DNA of 64,000 nucleotides from Candidatus Poribacteria bacterium (GTDB lineage Bacteria; Poribacteria; WGA-4E; PCPOR2b): NCBI GenBank assembly GCA_965215015.1, contig OZ244042.1, positions 1,504,001 to 1,568,000 of the forward strand, read 5' to 3'. Shown piece by piece: positions 1 to 8,087 of this stretch (position 1 is its first letter; each line of letters starts with the position of its first letter). The notes under the pieces were generated by a model. It saw only the letters and a program-made list of their open reading frames with translations, ran no database searches and was not told where the DNA came from. The position numbers and the translations under genes were made by a program.

Positions 1-276
1 ACCCCCCGCAAGCAGGGGAAGGAGAGGGAATGATTGCTGCTGTGGTCTCTATCTGAGTGTGTATGGCAATTTGACACTGCCAAAGTCAATTGTTTTTGAC
101 GTATCAACGTATTTGGGCTGACTACATCCCCTCTCTAAAGGGTTTGGGCTGCGGGGCTTGGCAGTAAGATTGATAAATCGTCGAACTACGAGGCTTTGAG
201 GGGGTAACTGCGTAAATTCTGAAAGTTAAACCGAATCACCCCTAAAATACTATTTTAACAACTGACAAGGAAAATA

Positions 277-1332
277 TCAATTATTTTTTTTTATCGCGTC
301 AACCAACTTATCTGCCCCAAAACGGATGACATCCGTGGCGGGTAATCCTGTCTCTTGCTCTATGGCTTCAACGGCTTGATGCGCTTCCGCTTCTGTGAGA
401 TCAAAGCAATTGAGGCCAATTCCAATGACTTTGGCGGGTTTAATGGGGTTGGCAAGCATCTCATACTGACGGATTAATTCCGGTACCGGAGGCAGCGGCA
501 CAGTGTATCGGGCAACAACCTTCCGTGAGGGTTGATGGCAGAAGATTATCGCATCGGGCATCGAGCCGTGCAGGAGGCTCAATGTAACACCCGAATAGCC
601 GGGGTGCACTAGCGATCCCTGTCCTTCGACGATGAGGAGATCGCGAGCTCTTTTTGCCCCTTCGAGCACAATCTCCTCCGATGCCCCCGCTGTGAAGTCC
701 GATACGACTGCGTCAATGGCAATTCCCCAACCGGAGATCATAATACCGTTCTGACCAGTCGCGCAAAACTCGGCGTCCAATCCACGATTCCGTGCGGTCT
801 CTGCGAGCTCAATCGCTGTCACCATTTTGCCGATTCGACAATCCGATCCGACAGTCAGAATAACGGTTGGATCCACCTCGTCGGCTTTGCAGGTCGCAAT
901 CGGCAGGTCTGCCGGCGGTTTACGCACATCCCACAGCATAACATTGTGGCGTTTGGCGAGATCAGCGAGTTGTGGATCCTCACTTAGGAATTGGTGGAGC
1001 CCACTCATGACATGCAGCCCGTGTCCGATAGCTTCCTTTAGAATTGCTATCCACGTTTCAGGCAGTTGACCCCCCGGCGGCGCAATGCCAATTGCGAGCA
1101 TCGTTGGATTCAATTCCATCGCTTCCGTAAGGCTACTAAGGACCGGAATTCCCTCCCCGATTTCAATGACTTCGCTAACATCTTTCCCGGCCTGTTCGCT
1201 GTCGATAACAGCAACGACATTTTCGGTATGGTAGCGCACTAATACTGTCGCTGCTTTTGATTCGAGGATGCCGAATGAACCTTCGGCGAGAATCGCCATT
1301 TTCTGTGCTTTGGGATTGAGTTGTTGTTCCAT
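277..1332 (-). CDS. DUF1611 family P-loop protein (DgcN-like D-glutamate N-acetyltransferase family), copy A
   Basis: GIAPPGG, GLHQFL, VGSDCRIGKMVT, ATGQNG, EGQGSL..HP.YSGVTLSLLHGS.PD motifs typical of DUF1611. Confidence 0.85.
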   Translation of the reverse strand: MEQQLNPKAQKMAILAEGSFGILESKAATVLVRYHTENVVAVIDSEQAGKDVSEVIEIGEGIPVLSSLTEAMELNPTMLAIGIAPPGGQLPETWIAILKEAIGHGLHVMSGLHQFLSEDPQLADLAKRHNVMLWDVRKPPADLPIATCKADEVDPTVILTVGSDCRIGKMVTAIELAETARNRGLDAEFCATGQNGIMISGWGIAIDAVVSDFTAGASEEIVLEGAKRARDLLIVEGQGSLVHPGYSGVTLSLLHGSMPDAIIFCHQPSRKVVARYTVPLPPVPELIRQYEMLANPIKPAKVIGIGLNCFDLTEAEAHQAVEAIEQETGLPATDVIRFGADKLVDAIKKNN

Positions 1333-1366
1333 ACGCCTTGTCCTTATTTTTTTTTGACAGTCTTTG

Positions 1367-1624
1367 TCATTGATACAACATTTCTTTGACTGAAAATTGT
1401 GCTTTTAATTGCAAGAGTTGCGCTTCTGGGAGCCCTGTAATTTCAGCGATGATCTCAATTTCCATTCCCTTGGCAAGCATCACCCTTGCGGATTCAATCT
1501 TTCCTTCCCTTTTGCCTTCGACCCGGCCTTCTCTTTTGCCTTCGACTCGACCTTCCCTTTTGCCTTCGACTCGACCGTTGTGAAAGATTTGTTGCTTCTC
1601 TTTTTCTAATGCGGTAATTAACAT
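1367..1624 (-). CDS. Stand-alone duplicate of the Rpn C-terminal domain (RpnS-like small protein), 3 x GRVEGKRE repeats
   Basis: Matches the upstream Rpn from its internal Met (MLITALEKE...); own RBS GAGGTAAGGACG-ATG; different C-terminal tail. Confidence 0.7.
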   Translation of the reverse strand: MLITALEKEKQQIFHNGRVEGKREGRVEGKREGRVEGKREGKIESARVMLAKGMEIEIIAEITGLPEAQLLQLKAQFSVKEMLYQ

Positions 1625-1629
1625 CGTCC

Positions 1630-2640
1630 TTACCTCTTTTCTGAGGGAAGCTCTGCCTTCAACTGCAAGAGTTGCGCTTCTGGGAGCCCTGTAATTTCAG
1701 CGATGATCTCAATTTCCATTCCCTTGGCAAGCATCACCCTTGCGGATTCAATCTTTCCTTCTCTTTTGCCTTCGACTCTGCCTTCTCTTTTGCCTTCGAC
1801 TCTGCCTTCCCTTTTGCCTTCGACTCGACCTTCTCTTTTGCCTTCGACTCTGCCTTCTCTTTTGCCTTCGACCCGGCCGTTGTGAAAGATTTGTTGCTTC
1901 TCTTTTTCTAATGCGGTAATTAACATCGTCCTTACCTCCTCTTCATCTTGATAAATAGTTTCTAATGACTCATAGTCTCTAGCTGCAATCCGTCCGTGGA
2001 GTGCCAACTGCTTGAACCAATTTAAAAACAGACTCACTGCCCCCTTGTCCGCCTCCGATGAGAACAGATTCAGCAACTCTGTCTCCAGCACATCTACATC
2101 GTAATACGATTCCGCTAAAAACAGTGTAGAGACGATGTTTCGGATTTTCAAAAGGGCTTGCTGGCTGTATCGGTTTTCAGCAATAAGGAAATACTGAAAA
2201 TCTAACGCAAACGCGCCCAATGACGGCGTCTGCTCAATTAAATCAGAAAGGTTAATCGGTGCTGTCCAACGGTCTTCTCCATTGTATAGCACGATGGGGA
2301 AAACCGCGGGCAATTTTTTTACCTGTTTATGCTCGGCAACATAGTCCATGTAGAAGTTGGTAATGTAGTTGAGGGCTCGTAACGCCATGAACGGGTCGAC
2401 CGTGGATTGGAACTCAATGAGGATATAAATGTAAACCTCATGGTTAAGCAACTGAACTTTGTAAATCAAATCACTTTCGGTTTCCTTGTAGTGTTGGGAG
2501 ATGAATGACTTATCAAGGGTTTCACAAGTCGCAAAATCCAGGTGATTGACCCATTCTTGTGTAACAAAGGTCTCAATCAGTTGCCGGAATATGGTCTGAT
2601 TTGAAAAGAGTTTTTTGTATCCGCTGTCGTGAATGTTCAC
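1630..2640 (-). CDS. Rpn-family recombination-promoting nuclease / putative transposase (PD-(D/E)xK), copy A, 5 x GRVEGKRE repeats
   Basis: HD.GYKKLFS, ESDLIYKV, LIEFQS..DPFMALR, LPAVFPIVLYNG...W motifs; EGKxEG repeats and C-terminal HTH-like tail. Confidence 0.9.
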   Translation of the reverse strand: MNIHDSGYKKLFSNQTIFRQLIETFVTQEWVNHLDFATCETLDKSFISQHYKETESDLIYKVQLLNHEVYIYILIEFQSTVDPFMALRALNYITNFYMDYVAEHKQVKKLPAVFPIVLYNGEDRWTAPINLSDLIEQTPSLGAFALDFQYFLIAENRYSQQALLKIRNIVSTLFLAESYYDVDVLETELLNLFSSEADKGAVSLFLNWFKQLALHGRIAARDYESLETIYQDEEEVRTMLITALEKEKQQIFHNGRVEGKREGRVEGKREGRVEGKREGRVEGKREGRVEGKREGKIESARVMLAKGMEIEIIAEITGLPEAQLLQLKAELPSEKR

Positions 2641-2678
2641 CGTTAGCCCCTCTCAAAGACTTGCGTCGGACGATTCAC

Positions 2679-3506
2679 CTATTCGCCCATTTGCTGACCG
2701 GTGGGTTTGTTGAGTCGATTCCCCTGAGCTTCATTCTGTATTTGTCGAGCAATGATTCTCACCGGCGTTGCTTTGGGCGGCACAACATCTGTATTGACGC
2801 GGTAGGTTCGGTCGTCTGTACCGCCGGGCAGCGGATGGTTGAAGATTGAATCTGGGTCACGGTACACCGCAATAATATTGTGAAACAGTTGGGTGGTGAA
2901 CTGGTTACGGATAAAACGTCCACCTGTGAATACCCAATGGGTTTGCCGCATCGGTTGTTTAGTCATCGCATTCCAGATTAATTCTTCAGCGCGATGCCAA
3001 ATGATCTGCTCACCACGTTCCCATTCAACCCATAGCTCGACTGGATCGCCTTCGGGGAGATGAGGGTCACCTTCCACAGTGAGGTTCATGCCCGGATTCA
3101 AGTTCAAGCGGAGAAGCGCAAGCTGGATGTGTATCGGTTCGGCATCGAGCATAAGGAGGCTTTCATGTGTTTTGCCCAGTTCGCCGACTGCAAAAAATTC
3201 GAGGATGGTCTCTGGACTGATAAGATTGACTTCACCGTTCATGACCACTTCATGTTTATTTACATCAACCGTGACAGTCCTCAATTGGTAGATACCATCG
3301 CCGATGTCGCGGATAGCGGAGGTTGGGTCAACTACCTCCGCGGACTCCGGACGGATGGCTAATTGCTGCGATGTGATATTGTTACCACGGTCCAGGTCCG
3401 CAATATCCTCATTTGGGTCAACAATGGCATAGAGTGTATGATCCCCATCCTCACTTGGGATCCAGTTAATCGCAGTAGTCGTTTCGTCGAGATTCTTGTT
3501 GAGGTA
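2679..3506 (-). pseudogene. 5'-truncated copy of the 13675-16152 gene (end of CARDB plus YdjY-like C-terminal domain)
   Basis: Nearly identical to the last ~275 codons of the large gene; no native start; frame stays open up to 3506. Confidence 0.8.
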
Positions 3507-3980
3507 TTATTCTGCCTCAAGTGCCGTTAAATCCTCAACGCCAGCCATATCAGCTAGCATCTTTGCGTATTTTCTTAGGACTTCCTGTAACTGTCCTAAT
3601 TCGGTACGAAACCTTTCGCATTCACTCTCATCTTTGAATGCACCTGCTAAACTTAGTTTGTGCCATTCTGCTGTAAACGGTCTAATTACCTGATTCAAAA
3701 CTACAATAGCTATCTTTGTAAACTCGATACAATCCCTGCCATGAGTTTTGATAATCTCACGGGTTAGCCCAAAAAGTCTGTAAATGCTGTCAAGAGCAGT
3801 ACCCTCGTCCCCGTGTTCTGGTTTAAGATGTTGAGTTGCTACCCTAGTAAGCATTTCAATGTATAGTTCCCAAGCTGCATCTTTATCGGCAGGTTGTGGC
3901 TTCCATTCCATTTCCAAAAATGACACGTTAATCTTCAAAGAGGTCATATCCCAATTCTTAAGCCATTTTTTCCATTTCAT
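3507..3980 (-). CDS. Hypothetical alpha-helical protein translationally coupled to the TIR gene (candidate effector)
   Basis: ATG at 3980 overlaps the TIR stop (ATGA); GGAGG RBS; conserved-looking ELYIEMLTR / VLNQVIRPF.AEWH segments. Confidence 0.75.
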   Translation of the reverse strand: MKWKKWLKNWDMTSLKINVSFLEMEWKPQPADKDAAWELYIEMLTRVATQHLKPEHGDEGTALDSIYRLFGLTREIIKTHGRDCIEFTKIAIVVLNQVIRPFTAEWHKLSLAGAFKDESECERFRTELGQLQEVLRKYAKMLADMAGVEDLTALEAE

Positions 3981-4537
3981 GATTTGCCTCCTAATTTTGG
4001 TCGTCCCGGACACTGACGGTTATACTTAAACCTCTTTCTTGGATTCACAATAAGATGGTTTTTTGTAGTCCTCGCAAGAAAAGCACTATGGATTGCGTTA
4101 GACAACGTATCTTTTCTAGCCGGATAGTCAATCAATCTCGCGTAACAATCCTCTTGTTTCAAATTCAGCTTTAACCGATTTGGGAAGGACGCATTTCTTG
4201 TGTAACTTGGTAATTTCACTCCAAGTAAACCATTTGGTGTTACAGTTTCACCGCTTCTAAGAGAGGATTGGAGTTCCCAATCAACATATCGCCGTGCCCA
4301 CGTACACCTACCCATAAGGACAATCGTTACAGTTGAATCCCGCAAATAAAGCTCTCTGATACGGCTCATCACATAATCCGTATCATCACTGTTAATAATA
4401 TCATCTTCCCTTCTTATGCCCAAACCCCGTGTAATGAACACATTTCTTTCATCACCAAAGGTTTGAACAAAATCATCGACTTGGCGTTGGTCATCGTGAT
4501 GATAGGAAATAAAGACCTTATGTCGGGTAGTATTCAT
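3977..4537 (-). CDS. TIR-like domain protein (MTH538/DUF1863, ThsB-like)
   Basis: KVFISYHH.D, IRELYLRDSTVTIVL.G, RYVDWE (catalytic Glu), PNGLLGV motifs. Confidence 0.85.
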   Translation of the reverse strand: MNTTRHKVFISYHHDDQRQVDDFVQTFGDERNVFITRGLGIRREDDIINSDDTDYVMSRIRELYLRDSTVTIVLMGRCTWARRYVDWELQSSLRSGETVTPNGLLGVKLPSYTRNASFPNRLKLNLKQEDCYARLIDYPARKDTLSNAIHSAFLARTTKNHLIVNPRKRFKYNRQCPGRPKLGGKS

Positions 4538-4673
4538 TTGTCATGCCCTCCTTTCACTGAGAAATCATCGGCAAGAAAAAGATTGAATAGCATAACATAT
4601 TAAAAAAACAAGCGTCGATCATATATCAGCGCGTCCACTCTGCTTATGCTTGAGAACCGTTAGTCAACAAAAT

Positions 4674-5352
4674 TCAATCCCTAGCATATGGAGAATTAGG
4701 GTAATGCTCTATCAGTAGTTGTTGCCCTAGTTCTTCGCAAGTTGCCTTGAAATATGGTGTGATACTCTCACTTGATATTCCATGTGTTTCTGCTAAAAAC
4801 TCCCCTAGTGTTTTCATTGAGTTTGCATTGAAATTAACAAAGGGTGTACGACTACCCCGCCGTGTGGCTGTTGGCACTTGGTCGCGGTGGAGTTCTTCCA
4901 CATTCTCAATAAAATCACACAGTAAAAGCTGCTCATGGTAGGCTATATAATTCAGGGGGCAACCCTCACCCCAATAGTATGCAACGCCGCGTAGTTGTCG
5001 AAGGCGTCACGCTCCCACTGTCCAATATCCTGCCACCGAAGTGATTTCCTGTTAGCTTGTCGTGCGATATAATCAATACGGCGTTGGCTGTATATTGGGG
5101 TCTGAGTGCATTTGTATTCTAGCAGATAAACTCTGTCTGGATTCTGAGATTCCACGACAAAAAATCCGGTGCATAACGGACATGACGGGCGGTTTCATTC
5201 CGAACAAAACGAAGGCTCTCCCTGACGTTCTCCGGTATATGTGTCTCATAACCAAACTCAACGTGATATAGAGAGGAAAACTTATCCCAAATACCGCCCT
5301 TTACTGTGTCAATTAAGAGGTTAGCCTTACTCGACCTTTCCTCAAATTTCAT
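4674..5352 (-). pseudogene. PD-(D/E)xK restriction-endonuclease-like gene split by two single-base frameshifts in homopolymer runs
   Basis: ATG at 5352 overlaps the upstream TGA. Adding one base in the A6 run (5159-5164) and one in the G5 run (~4955-4959) joins three ORF pieces and restores APDFFVVES...LLEYK. Confidence 0.7.
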
Positions 5353-5858
5353 AGTCCTGTACCACCTATCATAGTGTTCCGGTTTAGATTGCAAGCAACC
5401 ATATCCCACTGAGCTACTATAACCTGTCGTGGCCTCTTGCCCTTTTCCCAATGGTATTCCAGTACATCACGTCTTTGATAGTCCTGTAACAAAGAAGCAA
5501 GTGTCGAAGAAACTCCCAAAGGAGAAATCAAAAATGAGTAAAGTGGTTGGGCAATTCTACTGTAGCCTAAAAGTTGGGAAAGGTGCGCCGGTGTTAGGCT
5601 GGTGTTCTTACATTCTACAAAAGCTAGAGAAGTAGCTTCCTCTGCATGGTGAACGAATCCAACAATATCAACTCGAATATCCCATGTAACCTGCTCCGCT
5701 GGAAATCTACCCTTGCTATATGTTCTCAAAAAACGGGAAATTGGGGTGTGTGGCAGGTCATAAACATCAACATCAGCATTTCGGAAGCAACTTCTAAGAA
5801 AATCCTCTAACCAGCGGCAAACATCAGGATACATTTCTCCTTCAGATCCATACTTCAT
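5349..5858 (-). CDS. Small PD-(D/E)xK nuclease (E...D-IVG...ECK...QxxGY)
   Basis: SEGEMY helix, IRVDIVGF, FVECK and SQLLGY (QxxxY) motifs as in NucS/Mrr/RecB-type nuclease domains. Confidence 0.7.
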   Translation of the reverse strand: MKYGSEGEMYPDVCRWLEDFLRSCFRNADVDVYDLPHTPISRFLRTYSKGRFPAEQVTWDIRVDIVGFVHHAEEATSLAFVECKNTSLTPAHLSQLLGYSRIAQPLYSFLISPLGVSSTLASLLQDYQRRDVLEYHWEKGKRPRQVIVAQWDMVACNLNRNTMIGGTGL

Positions 5859-6807
5859 CTTCCTCTACTTCCTCCAGTAGGGCTTCATGCTTATTAAAAT
5901 CCCATAACTCTTGTTGCATCATCTCAGGTCTACGAGGGCAACCTAGCTTTTTGCAGATTTGCCAGTAAGCGTTGAAATGTTGTCCTTTTAGGCGGTCGTC
6001 CAGTCTTTCATCGCTTTCCCGTTTATCCTTCGGCTTCCGTTTCCTCAACTGTTTTCTGCCAACACAAGGATTATAAGACTTCTTCGGGTGATGCTCCCTG
6101 TCGTGTTCGATAAATTCTCTCAAGATGGCTTGCTTGTGAGGCAAAGAAAAACCGATTTCTCCGAATGGCACGGCAAAAATGTTAATCTGGTGTTCTCGAA
6201 AGTCCCTTCCCATGTTTGGGTGTCCCCAAGTGATTAGCTGAACGGGTATGGTTAAATGTTCTTCCAGTATCGTACAAAGCTGGACGGGCATTTCCCAATT
6301 TGTCTGATAATTCAGTACATCAAGTCGGACACGATGTGCGCCGTCAACATAGCGGTTCGCGTGTCTGATATTTCCGGCAACATCAGCAAAGCCCCTTATG
6401 TATTCTCGCTTCCAGTCCTTTGGTACTTCTGGAGAAAAGAATATTTCCGGCACTAAAAAATGCTCGTATCCCGTGCGTTCCGCAGTGTGCATTAAGATAT
6501 TCCGCCACACCATTGTATTTCTGAAAAAGCGTAATACGAGAACAACCTTGTTGTCTCTATTTACAACGCTAACATCAGCACCCGTCAAGTCTAAAATGCG
6601 CTCTTGTATCTGTTGTAACCCAAGGAGTATAGAAGTGTTAGTATCAAAAGTCTCGGTTATACCATCTACTGCAAGAGATTGGTAGGGAAACTCAATAATA
6701 ACCTGCCTTGTGCCACCACTTTCTGATATTCTCCCCCTTGCTGTTATCAAACCAAGCAAGTAAGCGACATCAGCGTCAATATAGTCTATAACTTCGATTA
6801 GGCTCAC
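5842..6807 (-). CDS. Double LAGLIDADG-like domain protein with degenerate catalytic motifs and C-terminal Cys/His cluster
   Basis: AYLLGLITARG and EYIRGFADVAG helices ~120 aa apart; C-terminal HF..YWQICKKLGC. Confidence 0.6.
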   Translation of the reverse strand: MSLIEVIDYIDADVAYLLGLITARGRISESGGTRQVIIEFPYQSLAVDGITETFDTNTSILLGLQQIQERILDLTGADVSVVNRDNKVVLVLRFFRNTMVWRNILMHTAERTGYEHFLVPEIFFSPEVPKDWKREYIRGFADVAGNIRHANRYVDGAHRVRLDVLNYQTNWEMPVQLCTILEEHLTIPVQLITWGHPNMGRDFREHQINIFAVPFGEIGFSLPHKQAILREFIEHDREHHPKKSYNPCVGRKQLRKRKPKDKRESDERLDDRLKGQHFNAYWQICKKLGCPRRPEMMQQELWDFNKHEALLEEVEEDEVWI

Positions 6808-6818
6808 TGGATATACTC

Positions 6819-7655
6819 CTACGGCTTTTGAAAAATTAGGATAAATTCATGGATTTTATTGATACGAAACACGCTCGGATAGCCAAGTGGACGCAAGTTA
6901 TTGTATTCCTGTCCTCTATCCCATATAATCATGTCGTCAAAAATAAAGCCAATATCCTCCATGAATCGAGAAATATCCATGTGATATGGGTAAAAGCGAT
7001 TCTTTTTTCGTAAATCCATGACAATGACACAACAGTAGCTTTTGGGCTTCATAACCTCATAGACCTGCTCGAAAATCTTACTAAGTTCTAGCAGGAATTT
7101 TTCATAATCACGAATCTTCCCTAAGTCTGCCTCTGTCTCTCCGTAATCACGCTGTTCCTTATAATCAGCCGTCCGCTTTTCCAGAAGAATATCCCAATAT
7201 GGAGGTGATGTAATCACCATATCCACACTATTTGGAGACACATACTTACACAGTTCTCTACTATCAGCAACATGGACTTTTATATCGGTTGGACCTCCAA
7301 ACGGAATCGTCTGACTAACTCTACCTTCAGCGATTTCGGCAAACTCTGGAGAAATCTCTATCCCTATAGCGTCCTTTCCTAATTCTTTGGCGGCCATGAG
7401 GGTAGAACCAACTCCAACAAAAGGGTCAAATACTAAGCGAGCTTTTTTATTAGTGAAGCATTCTACCAGACGGCAAGCCAACGCACTCGGAAACATAGCA
7501 GGGTGTTTTAAGTCTGTTTCTTCCCGTGTTTTCCTTACATCATTCCAAACTGAGATTGAGTACCTTAACCACGTCTTTCCATCTAATTCATTTCCTCGCT
7601 TGAGTTCAGGTGTTTCCTTTTCCTCCGTACTAGCCGTGATTCTTTTTTTAGGCAT
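6819..7655 (-). CDS. Site-specific DNA amino-methyltransferase (N4-C/N6-A family, SPPY)
   Basis: HPAMFP, DPFVGVGST (motif I), GIEIS, ITSPPY (motif IV), IIWDR, HEFILIFQK. Confidence 0.92.
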   Translation of the reverse strand: MPKKRITASTEEKETPELKRGNELDGKTWLRYSISVWNDVRKTREETDLKHPAMFPSALACRLVECFTNKKARLVFDPFVGVGSTLMAAKELGKDAIGIEISPEFAEIAEGRVSQTIPFGGPTDIKVHVADSRELCKYVSPNSVDMVITSPPYWDILLEKRTADYKEQRDYGETEADLGKIRDYEKFLLELSKIFEQVYEVMKPKSYCCVIVMDLRKKNRFYPYHMDISRFMEDIGFIFDDMIIWDRGQEYNNLRPLGYPSVFRINKIHEFILIFQKP

Positions 7656-7782
7656 TGCTTGATTCCTCCAATAGTCAATACTTTTTACTTGTAATGCAAT
7701 CTAACCCTAAAAGCGAACCAATATTATACCACTCTAACACTTCACCTATCATTTGCTTTACCGTACCTCCCACGAGGAAAGC

Positions 7783-7883
7783 CCCATAGACTTCTCCCGT
7801 AAGAAACCGTAGATAAACCAAAAACGGTTATTTTTCTAAAGATGCTGGCAAACCAGACACTTTACAGGGGAGAAGTCTATGGG
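7783..7883. mobile_element. Small MITE-like element with 16-bp perfect inverted repeats
   Basis: CCCATAGACTTCTCCC at 7783 and GGGAGAAGTCTATGGG ending 7883. Confidence 0.55.
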
Positions 7884-8087
7884 ACGAAAATTCCTCAACA
7901 TGGTCGGAATTTCAAAAATTCAGTCCATCTCCATACCCCCAGGCACACCACAGACGGATTTTCGCCATCAACGGTTCACTTATTGCGCCGGACCGGAGAA
8001 GTTCTAATACACTGTCCATCACCGGCAGGTATCGGAGCTCCAAAATCGCGGCGGTCCCATTTTGGAGCCGGGGGCATTTCGCCACAG

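Larger units (their letters stand above)
293..3500. repeat. Large direct repeat, copy A (homologous to 11338-14496)
   Basis: Near-identical sequence from ATCGCGTCAACC (293/11338) to TTCTTGTT (~3500/~14496), with scattered substitutions. Confidence 0.95.

Noticed and set aside
1500-1885. 24-bp tandem repeats as a CRISPR array
   Set aside because: No spacers; in-frame coding repeats (GRVEGKRE) of the Rpn C-terminus; no cas genes in the window
5842-6807. Intein or intron-encoded active homing endonuclease
   Set aside because: No intein splice motifs or host gene/intron, and both LAGLIDADG-like motifs lack the catalytic acidic residue
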